From the IMG/VR virus record IMGVR_UViG_3300020048_000056, positions 32,001 through 96,000 of that record: a stretch of DNA of 64,000 bases; one strand, 5' to 3'. The notes below the pieces were generated by a model. That model searched no databases. It worked only from the letters and a program-made list of their open reading frames with translations, and was not told the origin of the DNA. Made by a program: the position numbers and the translations under genes. Below, one piece after another: positions 28,244 through 38,400 of this stretch (the first letter of the stretch is position 1; every line of letters begins with the position of its first letter). The DNA is from a virus.

Positions 28244-29233
28244 ATGGAGATTACCAGATTACAACCATTCCCATTAGTATTTAATCATTCAGGGTTTGAG
28301 CCAGAAACTGATTATGTTCTGGCCATCCTTGATGATCATGCAACTGATCTTGTAGAGATCGCTACGGCTAGTGATATAGATGGAAATATCATCACTCCTT
28401 TACCTGCTTATTTTTCTAGATATGATGATGAGTATCGTGGAGAAGTTTATTATAGTTTGGGGGTAGATCCAGTAACTGGACTAAATATTCGTGGAGATCT
28501 TCTTTGGATAGATACTATTACCATCATGCGACCATATGTTGACCCAGACGTATTGGCTGATACTCCAGATGATACTGCTGATGCAAAGATGTATGAAGCA
28601 ATTGCTCGTGCGATTATCAATTCAATTACTGGTGGATTCATGTATAAGCGTGAAGTTATTGAAACAGTTGGTTTAGGCGCTGATTATCTATCTGTACCAT
28701 TTAGACTTAATAAGATTATTAGAGTATACGAAAATGATGTTGTAGTTTATGATACAGAGCCTCTAGATCCCACAACTTGGGTTAATAGAAGAGAGTACTA
28801 CATCTCACCAGATAAGGCCACCATAAGCGTTGTAATGCCTAATACGACAGGATACAATCGTATGCAGTCCAAAGCGGTACAGCCACAAATGCCTGCATCA
28901 GATTCTTTTACCTTGTATAACACAAATGATTCACCAAATATTATTCAGAATATTACTGGAAGCCCCATGTTCCCTTCTGGCTGGGACTATACTGTAATAG
29001 TTGATGCTGGATGGCCAATCATTCCTCAAGATATTAAGCAAGCAACACTGTTGATTGTTAATGATCTCAAGTGTAATAATATTCCATACATCAACTCCTA
29101 CATTAAAAGTTACAAGAGTGATCAATTCACCCTACAATTCGCTGACGATGTTTTCACAGATACGGGAAATCGTATTGCAGATAAGATTCTTTCTGCATAC
29201 GTCCGACCAATCTATCGCCTAGGTGTACTGTAA
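28244..29233 (+). CDS. Head-tail adaptor
   Basis: ARAIINSITG..GW..IPQDIKQAT..DKIL..Y; synteny. Confidence 0.7.
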   Translation: MEITRLQPFPLVFNHSGFEPETDYVLAILDDHATDLVEIATASDIDGNIITPLPAYFSRYDDEYRGEVYYSLGVDPVTGLNIRGDLLWIDTITIMRPYVDPDVLADTPDDTADAKMYEAIARAIINSITGGFMYKREVIETVGLGADYLSVPFRLNKIIRVYENDVVVYDTEPLDPTTWVNRREYYISPDKATISVVMPNTTGYNRMQSKAVQPQMPASDSFTLYNTNDSPNIIQNITGSPMFPSGWDYTVIVDAGWPIIPQDIKQATLLIVNDLKCNNIPYINSYIKSYKSDQFTLQFADDVFTDTGNRIADKILSAYVRPIYRLGVL

Positions 29234-29721
29234 TGGCTGGATTATTTGGAACAAATGTATGCGATAGTCTATTTTTTCAAATGCAATCAGATATATATTA
29301 TGCAACTGAGTCACAGGATAAGTATGGAAAGATAGATAAGGATTGGTCCTTTGATATGGTTGAACCTTGCTCATTCTATACATTAGGAGATAAGAGCAAT
29401 GATGATAACTTTAATTTTGAGGATAAAAGATTCTATAAGTTAGAGACAATGCTTTATGGTAGATTTGCTACCGATCCCCGCAAAGATTCATCAGGCTTGT
29501 ATCATCCACTATCTCACATCCTTGTATCTAATATTCGTGGGGCAACCTGTAATGAAGAAACATTCTTTATTGAAAGTAATGGAGACTATGCAGGCAAGCC
29601 AACAATCTTTGAAATTAAGACCTGTCAGCCCTTTGTTGGACCCTTCAACACTGTTGAGTACTACAAGATCCAATTAGAAAGATCAGATACTCAGGAGTTG
29701 AATCCCATTGTTAACTGCTAA
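29233..29721 (+). CDS. Putative head closure protein
   Basis: Synteny; QDKYG motif. Confidence 0.5.
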   Translation: MAGLFGTNVCDSLFFQMQSDIYYATESQDKYGKIDKDWSFDMVEPCSFYTLGDKSNDDNFNFEDKRFYKLETMLYGRFATDPRKDSSGLYHPLSHILVSNIRGATCNEETFFIESNGDYAGKPTIFEIKTCQPFVGPFNTVEYYKIQLERSDTQELNPIVNC

Positions 29722-30382
29722 GATAGATACCATTAACTTTAATAAAACAATGAAAAATGTTGTCAACTATTCAGAAGGATTTTTAAGCGGAGTAGAGTTA
29801 GAAAGAGCAAACTTCAACAAGTTTCTAGGTGGATTTACAGCAGAAGCATTAGGAAAGTATATTGATTCTAAAGCCAGAATGAATAGCGGGGAGTTACATC
29901 ATGTGTACGAACCTGGGGAAACTGGGAATATTGGTGGAAGACTTTTTTCATTTAATGTAATTGCAACAAAAAGCCTAATCAATATTAATGGAAAGTTTTT
30001 ATTGTCAAAAAAGACTCCTACTAATGGTGGAGATCCTTTTATAAATAGAGCAGAAATAATGGAAAATGGAATTGCAATTACCATTGTTCCTAAAAATGGA
30101 GGAATGCTTGCTTTTGAGGACGGTGGAGAGATGGTCTTTACTAGAAAGTCAATCGTTATAGAGCATCCTGGTGGAGATGGAGTGGCTGGGAGTTTCGGAG
30201 CAGTTGTTGATGACTTCTTTCAGAATTTCTTTACTGGAGCAATGCTTAATCCAATACTTAATAAACTAAGCACTCCAAATGACTTTACTAGAAACTTAGC
30301 AGCGGGAGCAGTATCAGGAAAACCCATAGGAGTTAGAGCGGGAAGACAGTATCTTAATATGGTAGGATTGACAGTAGAATGA
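29708..30382 (+). CDS. Putative neck/tail-completion protein
   Basis: Synteny; LHHVYE, V.HPG. Confidence 0.5.
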   Translation: MLTAKIDTINFNKTMKNVVNYSEGFLSGVELERANFNKFLGGFTAEALGKYIDSKARMNSGELHHVYEPGETGNIGGRLFSFNVIATKSLININGKFLLSKKTPTNGGDPFINRAEIMENGIAITIVPKNGGMLAFEDGGEMVFTRKSIVIEHPGGDGVAGSFGAVVDDFFQNFFTGAMLNPILNKLSTPNDFTRNLAAGAVSGKPIGVRAGRQYLNMVGLTVE

Positions 30383-30891
30383 CATTTGCCAATTTCACCT
30401 TACCCGTAATTACTGTTAATAACTACCTCTGGTCTGTTATGAAGCAGATAGAGCCAACCTTTGTTAAGAAATATGGAACAGTCCTTCCATTCTTTCCAAT
30501 AAGTGATTCAGCATCTGGAACAAAGTCTTGGGAAACAAAAACTTATGTAATTTACGATAGAATGTTTCAATCAACATCAAGTCCCTTTTATCCAATTAAA
30601 AAGGAGCATATCTTATATGCTGTAAAGGGTAAAGAAGAAGAGACATTAGAGTGGGGAATGGCAATTCAATATATCCTAGATCGTATGGATGATGCAGCAC
30701 AAGATATTAACTCTTGGAATAGATTGCAAGACAATCCTTCAAATGTTTATTTTCATAATATGAGAGTTTTCCAGACAAGAAGCATGAATTCTCAAAGTAG
30801 AGATTTCAGCAATAGACCATTTTACATTACTGAGTTTATAGTTGAGGCAGAATATCACCTCACAGATTCCCTAGAATCATATTTGACATAA
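30379..30891 (+). CDS. Putative tail terminator
   Basis: Immediately upstream of tail tube gene. Confidence 0.5.
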   Translation: MTFANFTLPVITVNNYLWSVMKQIEPTFVKKYGTVLPFFPISDSASGTKSWETKTYVIYDRMFQSTSSPFYPIKKEHILYAVKGKEEETLEWGMAIQYILDRMDDAAQDINSWNRLQDNPSNVYFHNMRVFQTRSMNSQSRDFSNRPFYITEFIVEAEYHLTDSLESYLT

Positions 30892-30960
30892 ACTTAGAGT
30901 ATAATTGTATTTGAGGAAACACACGTTCAAAAATTCTAAAGAAAATAGAGGTGAAAAAAT

Positions 30961-31641
30961 ATGGCTTATACCCGTGGTGATTCAAAGCAGATTATTGTTG
31001 GTGCAGCATCCTTGTTTGTATCCAAAACTGCCGAATTTGATCCAACAAACGTTAGTCCAACACTACCAGATTTCGTAGCAGGTACTTCCTACCGCGAAAC
31101 ATTAACTGATGCTGTTGCTACCCCAGTAAGAAATGTTGGTTACACATCAAATGGTCTAGAAATTCAGTTCCAACCAGATTTTGGTGAGGTTCAGGTTGAC
31201 CAGTTGCTTGACGTTGCAAAACTATACAAGCAAGGAATGAAGGTTAACCTTAATACATCTTTCGCAGAGGCTACCCTTGAGAATCTTCTCATGGCAATTG
31301 CTGCACAAAGTGCAGATCTTACAAGAGATCTTAAGATGGACAACCCCCTTGAGGCAGGATCAGTCAACTATGCTGACGTTCTAGAACTCAAGTCAGGTGA
31401 ACTTGGCTCTTGCCCAGTTGAGCGAGGAATTATCGCAATTGGTCCAGGTACAGGTGACTGTGCAGCAGGTACTTCAATCGAACGTATCTATGTTGCATAC
31501 CGTGCCCTCTCAATTGAGAATGTAACAGTTTCCGCAAAGCGTGACGCTGCTTCAATGTTCGACGTATCCTTCCGTTTGCTTCCTGCAAACAACGGTTCAT
31601 ATGGAAAGATCGTTGATCGTCTAGTTGCAACTTCAACCTGA
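30961..31641 (+). CDS. Major tail (tube) protein
   Basis: IIVGAA..VGYTSNG..QVDQLLD..FAEATLENL; SD GAGGTG. Confidence 0.85.
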   Translation: MAYTRGDSKQIIVGAASLFVSKTAEFDPTNVSPTLPDFVAGTSYRETLTDAVATPVRNVGYTSNGLEIQFQPDFGEVQVDQLLDVAKLYKQGMKVNLNTSFAEATLENLLMAIAAQSADLTRDLKMDNPLEAGSVNYADVLELKSGELGSCPVERGIIAIGPGTGDCAAGTSIERIYVAYRALSIENVTVSAKRDAASMFDVSFRLLPANNGSYGKIVDRLVATST

Positions 31642-31662
31642 TAATTAAATAATAACTTAATA

Positions 31663-31697
31663 GATGATTGCCCTCCTATTTTAGGGGGGCAATTGTC
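31663..31697 (+). terminator. Terminator hairpin after tail tube gene
   Basis: GATGATTGCCCTCCTA / TAGGGGGGCAATTGTC. Confidence 0.7.
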
Positions 31698-31754
31698 ATT
31701 GTAAAGGTAGGCACTTAATGATACAATTATCATCTAACAGGAAGAGGATTAAAT

Positions 31755-32090
31755 ATGGCAACAACAGTTTATGAGACAGTAGAATTAGAACTGATGAATG
31801 GTGATAAGATTACCATGCGTCCATTAAAGATCTCACTACTTAGAGCATTTATGACTAAGTTTGATAGCATCGTGGACTCTTCAGGAAGTAACGTAGATTC
31901 AATGGATATTCTTGTTGAATGCGCCATGATTGCTATGAAGCAGTACGCTCCAGAACTATCAGAAGATAAAGATAAGTTTGAGGATGTTGCAGATATCAAG
32001 ATGGTCTATAAGATCATTGAGATTGCATCAGGCATCAAGTTGGACGCAGAGGGAAACGATCCAGCGGCGGGACTACTTGGAACGATCTAG
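31755..32090 (+). CDS. Tail assembly chaperone (G)
   Basis: Between tail tube and tape measure; slippery GGGAAAC near 3' end. Confidence 0.85.
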   Translation: MATTVYETVELELMNGDKITMRPLKISLLRAFMTKFDSIVDSSGSNVDSMDILVECAMIAMKQYAPELSEDKDKFEDVADIKMVYKIIEIASGIKLDAEGNDPAAGLLGTI

Positions 32091-32452
32091 ATCTTGCCAC
32101 AGTTGAGTCAGAAGTATTCCTTCTAGGTAACTGGAAAGACTACAAAGACTTAGAAGATAGTCTCTCTATGCCAGAACTCACAATGACCCTAGGGGCCATG
32201 AGAGAATCTGAGCATAGAGAGCATGTCTTTTTGGCTGCAATTCAGGGTATTGATTTTGATAACGATTCTGAAAGTAAGGGTGGGCAAAAAGAATGGGAAG
32301 ATATGAAGTCTCGGGTATTTAGCGGTGGAACAGCAACAGATTCTAATGACGTAATATCTCTACAAGGTCAGAATGCTGCAAATGCTGGATTCGGTATTGG
32401 TGCTGGACTAGATTATGTGAAATCAAAGAGTCTAGAAGATCTAACTTGGTAA
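32051..32452 (+). CDS. Tail assembly chaperone -1 frameshift extension (GT)
   Basis: G GGA AAC at 32051-32057; -1 frame is open through 32452. Confidence 0.8.
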   Translation, partial: GKRSSGGTTWNDLDLATVESEVFLLGNWKDYKDLEDSLSMPELTMTLGAMRESEHREHVFLAAIQGIDFDNDSESKGGQKEWEDMKSRVFSGGTATDSNDVISLQGQNAANAGFGIGAGLDYVKSKSLEDLTW

Positions 32453-32494
32453 AAGCCAACGTGCTAAATGATATAATAAACATAGTGATGATTA

Positions 32495-35400
32495 ATGACT
32501 GATGTTAATGCGAATATCAAAATCAATATTGATTCTTCTGCTGCGCTCGCAGGTTTAAGAAATCTTGAAACCAAGATAAACCAATTTCAACGAACAGTTG
32601 GATCAAGTGGCACGGCAGCGGCTGCAAGTCAGTCTGCCTACAACAAGGCTCTTCTTGACGGTATAAATAATACTGGATTATTCTCTGCAAAGCAAGTATC
32701 ATCTATTGACTCAATGGCTCGCTTTTCAAATGCATTAGATAAAAATAAACTAAGTCTTGGAGAATACTCAAGGTATGCTGCATCCCAACTTCCTGGGATG
32801 AGCAAGATGTTCCGCAAAGAATTTGACACAATGCAGCAAGTTGCTGTATCAAGAGTTAAGACCATCAACACTCAGTATCTTGCTCTAGGAAAGACCGTAG
32901 ACGGCGTTACAAAGGCTATCCAGTCAACTCCTACAGGTCTTTCTCAAGGTATGGCTACAAGCACTGCAATAGCCTCTCAGAAACAAATGATTTTTAATAA
33001 ATTAATTGATGATGGCTCCACTAAACTTTTGAACTGGGGTAAGAATACCCAATGGGCAGGCCGTCAGTTGATGGTAGGTTTAACACTTCCTTTGGCAGCA
33101 ATGGGTACGGCAGCAGCAAAAGCCTTCATGGAAATTGATAAAGCATCTACAGCGTTAAAGAGGGTATATGGAGATCTAAGCACAACAACTGCTGAGATCA
33201 ATACTAACGTGGAGGCAGTTAAGACACTAGGTGCAGAATATACTAAATACGGCATTGCAGTTTCAGACACAATCACTGTTGCTGCAAAGGCAGCGGCAAC
33301 GGGTGCCACTGGTCAAAAGTTAATGGACGTAACCAGACAGACTCTTAGATTTGCCACTTTGGGTCAGGTAGATTATAATGAGGCTTTAAGTACAACCATT
33401 GCTATGCAGACAGCATTTGGAATATCTAATGAAGATCTTGGTAAAAGTGTAGATTACCTTAACGCAGTTGAGAACCAGACAATCCTAACTATCCAAGACA
33501 TGTCTCTTGCAATTCCAAGAGTTGCAACAGTTGTTAAGGGGTTGGGTGGAGATGTAGAAGATCTCGCAATCATGATGACTGCCATGAGAGAGGGTGGAGT
33601 AACTGCTGAGAACGCTGCTAACGGACTAAAGTCTGGTTTAGCATCTATGATTAACCCTACAAAACAAGCGTCTGAATACCTTGGTAAATTTGGAATTAAT
33701 CTTAATGGAATTGTTGAGGGCAACTCAGGAGATCTCATTGGAACAGTAAAAGCCTTTGGCATAGAACTTAACAAGTTAAGCGACATGGATCGTCAGCGTG
33801 CCTTGGAAAAGACTTTTGGTAAATATCAATATGCAAGAATGTCTGCTCTATTTGACAACATGATTAAGAAAAATGGTCAGGCTGCCAGAGCAATGGACCT
33901 AACTGGAATGTCTGCAAAAGATCTTGCAGCAATTGCAGATAAAGAACTTGGGACTATCTCTGAATCAGCAACAGTTAAATTTCAGGCAGCCCTAGAGAAT
34001 CTTAAATTAACAATTGCTCCTTTAGGCGAGGCGTTCTTAAAGATTGCAACGCCAATTATGGGGGTAATCACTAAGATTGCAGAGGCATTTAATGCACTCC
34101 CTGATCCAATTAAGAATGCAATGGGTATTGCAACAGTTGCTATTGCGGGTCTTGGTCCAATCCTATTAATGGGTATTGGTCTTATGGGTAACTTAATAGC
34201 CAACGTAATTAAGGGTGTTCAGTGGTGGAGAAGACTCAGTGCAAGGATTAAGGGCAATGCTGCTGATTTTACTCATCTAAGCATGGCAGAACTTGAGGCT
34301 CAAGCAGCAACAAATGCCCTTGAAGGATCTACCACAAGTCTTACTGGAAAACTTCTTCTACAAAAGAGTGCAGTTAGCGCTCTTTCTGCGGAATATGAAA
34401 GATTCGCCAGTGTTGCAGGAATTGCTTCTGGAGCCATGGGTAGAGTTGGTGGCGGTGGAGGTAAGGCAATAGTAAGAAGATCTACTCCTAGAAAGATGGC
34501 TACTGGTGGAATAGTTCCTGGTAGTGGTAATGGAGATACTATTCCTGCATTGTTAACTCCTGGTGAATCTGTAGTAACCAAGAAAGCAAGTCAAAAGTAT
34601 GGACCCATTCTTGCAGCAATGAATGCTGGAACACTTTCTGGTTTTGCTAAGGGTGTAACATCTCTTGGTGGAGTCAATCTTCCAGAAGGCGCAATGGTCC
34701 GTTCTAATGCAAATACTCAAGCCATAGATAACTATATTCTAAAAACAAAGCAAGCAGCCTTGGCTATTGAAGATGAAACATTAAGAAAGAAGCAACTTGC
34801 AAAAATTGATGAAAAAATTATAGCATTATCTTCCAGAGAAAATGCAGATAAAAAAAGATATGCCATGTCTATGGGATCTATTGCTAAAGAATTAGACATG
34901 ATTGTTCCACACCTAAAGGAAGTATCTGTATCTGCGGCTCACCTTACACAATCCAGAGGGATTAGCAAAAGTGGAATTGAATTTTTAGAGTCAAGGCCAG
35001 GAAAGAAAAAAGGATCTAAATCTCAGGTAGCACAAGGATATTTGGATATTGCTAATGATCCTACTTTAAGTAAGCATCTTAAAGAATATAGTGGACTTAC
35101 TGCTAGTTTATCTCAAGGATTAAATACTCAATTACAAACTGGTGCAAAAGTGTCAGAATTTAATAAAGAATGGTCGCAAGAAGGAAGTAAACTTCTTCCA
35201 TCTCTAAGGAAATTTGGTGGATATACTGCAACATCTGCTCAAGATACTCAAGCCCTAGGTGAATTTGAAAGACTTCTAGGTCAAAGAATTAATAATAATG
35301 CAGAGGTTATACTAAATAAAACAGTTACAGATAAAATACTTGAAGCAGAAACAAAAGCCTTAATAGGTGAATATAAAAATGCTGGTGGAGCAATGGGAAG

Positions 35401-38400
35401 AGTTGCTATCGCTGCGAATACAGCATCAGAAACAGTTGCCCAAGTTGCTATTCAAATGAGTCTAGATGAAGCCAAAAGGCATAGTACTAGCGTTGTTACT
35501 ACAGAGAATGAGCGTCGTTATAAGAGAAATGGCGTTACTTTAGGAAGAGAAGACCTTAAAACTGGTAAGTTCCGACCAGAGAGATACGGAGAAGATCTTG
35601 CAAAATCTGCTGGAATAATGTCAGGTGGTACTGCTGCTAAGTCTCAAAGAGAAGCAATGGGGGTAAGAAGTCCTGGAAAAGAGGGAGAATATGTCTCTAA
35701 GATGAATGCTGAAGGACAACTTAAGGGAGCAAAAGAAAATGCTAAAGTATCTGCTGAGGCAGGAGCAGTTGCTGGAAAAGCACAAAAAACTGCTTTAAGA
35801 GAGGCAGCGGTTCTTACTCCTCAAGAACAATATAGGCTTGCTCAAGGACAACAGCGTCAAGAAGAAAAACAAATAAATCAAATTGCAGCAAAAAGACAAT
35901 CCATGGTTGCTACTCAAAGAACTGCTCCAATGCAAGGTAAAGATACTCATCGACTCCGCGCATCCTTAATTAATAAGATTCAAGCGACATCTGATGAAGA
36001 TATTCTTGTATTAATTAAACAAGAGCAAAGTACAAGAATTGCTGAAGAAAAAACAGCATCTACTCAAAGAAGAGAAATTAGAGCAAAATCTGATAGAGAA
36101 ATTGCCTTAGCAAGAAATACAGAGGCAGCAGATGATGTTAGAGTAGCAACAGCAAGAAGGCAAGCAAATCATGCACAAGCCATGAGGACCATGGACAATA
36201 TTGCTCTTCAAGCAGGGGCTGGTGCCGCATATGATATAGGCACAGAAACTCAAATCCAAGGTGGAGGACAAGCAATAAAGACTCAGCCTAAAACAAAAAC
36301 TCGAAGAAATATGACTGGAGGTATTAGGAAGGCTGGTGGTGTCTTGGGTATGGCATCGATGATTCCCTTTATGGCTCAAAATCAAGAGGGAAAGTTTATG
36401 GGCATGGATGCAAATATGCTAGGAATGGGCATGATGGGTGGAAGTATGGCAGCAGAACTTCTTCCTTCCATTCTTCCAAAGATTCTCCCAATGTTATTAA
36501 GTCCAGTAGGAATTGCTGCTGCTGCTTTTGCTGGCCTTGGCGTTGCAGCAGCAATTATGACAAATAAAATGAATGAGTCTATCAAGAAAACTCAAGAATA
36601 TACAGACGCCGCATCTGGATCTGCGAATGCTATGACAAATATGGCAAAAGCATTAAATAAGCAAAGTATTCTGTCTAGAGGGCAATCAAAAGCCCCAAAT
36701 ATTTCAGGACTCACTGCAAAACAATTATCTTATGGACAAGATTATTTAGCATCAGAGCAAGGTAAAGGATTGCAACAAACTATTGGACAACTTTCTGGAG
36801 CAGATAGACAACAAAGTCTTAAGGCACAAATGATACAAGGAGTAGCAGCAGGCTTTATAACTCAAAAGCAAGCAAAATCCATTACAATTGCCGTATCTAA
36901 AGCGTTGGGAGATCCACTTCTAGGTTCTTCTGTCGTTGCATCGATAAGTCAAGCATTCGTAAAAGATGGAGACAAACTTAGAAACACATTGGCTACCATA
37001 TTTGCTGATACTATTCCTGATTACAAGTCAGATCCATTAGTTCAAAAGGCTGAAGAGGCATTTAAGAAATATCAGAATGATCTTGAAGCACAGAAAAAGG
37101 CTTTAGCAGCAGAATCGGCTCCTGGAGGAATTCCTTCTGATGCAACAAATGCTCCAGAACTTGCATTAACACAAGAAGAAGTTGCGGGAGCCTTTCAAAA
37201 ATCTGCAACAGCAGGAATTAAGTTTAGAGAAGCGTTGGTTCTTCTAAAAGAAAGTTTTGATTCTGGACAAATTGGTCAAAAGAAATTTGAAAAGGGGCAG
37301 AAGGATCTACAGTCAAAGATTGATGAAACTACTAATGGAATTTTCTTGCTTTCAGATTCCGTAAGTAATGATAAATTAGGCGGCTATTTCTTAAACTTTG
37401 CAATGTCTATGGGGAAAACAGAAGAGCAGTTCAAGGCTACAGAAGATAATATTAAGGATATTACTAAGGCCATAGAAGTTTTTGACAGAGAAGACCAAGT
37501 GAAAGTTGAAACATTACTTAAAATATCCTATACTAGTGGAAGCCTTACCGAAGAAGATATTAGTAACCTTAGGACAAACCTAAATTCCCTTCCAGAAGAA
37601 CAATCAACAAGATATGAAATGCTCTTAAATAAAGAGCAGTGGACTCCAGAAGCAGTTAAGTTAATTAATTACCTAGTTAGCCTTCCTGATGAATTCGAAA
37701 AGAAGGGTACACTTGTTGCTGAAACACTTGGAATCCAAGCCGCTAATGACTGGATGACAGCCATGAGTGCAATTCAAATATTAAGTCCAAAAAAGATAGT
37801 AGTACTTGAGGCACTAATTGGGGGATCAGGACAAGCGGGACTTGAAACTGCTGCAAAGTATTTTGCATATCTTTCTGCCATTCCAAAAAGCCAAAGAAAA
37901 GAGTTTATTCTAGAAGTTAAAAAAATAATAACTACAGAGAATCAGGCTTCTTATGGTACAGGATCGCTCCTTCTTGGAACTCCTGAGAAAAGAGCCGCAG
38001 GTATGGCAGCAGACTCAGCAGCCGCTGAAAAAGAAGTTGCCGCTGCTAAGGCAAAACTAGATGCTCAAGCAAAGGCAGCATTAGATGCATTAGGTGGAGG
38101 CGGCGGTGGCGGCGGAGGAGGCGGCGGCGGCGGTGGTGGATCTGCAACAACAAACGCATTAACAGAGATGAATAAGGGTTTCATAGAACAAATTAAGATG
38201 TATACAAACATGGACGCAAACCTTAAACTTCTTAATGGAAAGCGTCAAGATTTTGTTAAAAATCTAACTAAAGGCCAAGGAATTATTACTAAGTTAAGAG
38301 CCTTAGGATTATCAGAAGGTATCATAACAGATCTTGCAGCACAAGGATTTGGTGCATTGAAAAATGCCTATACTAAATATCAAGGCAAAGGTAAGGCAAA

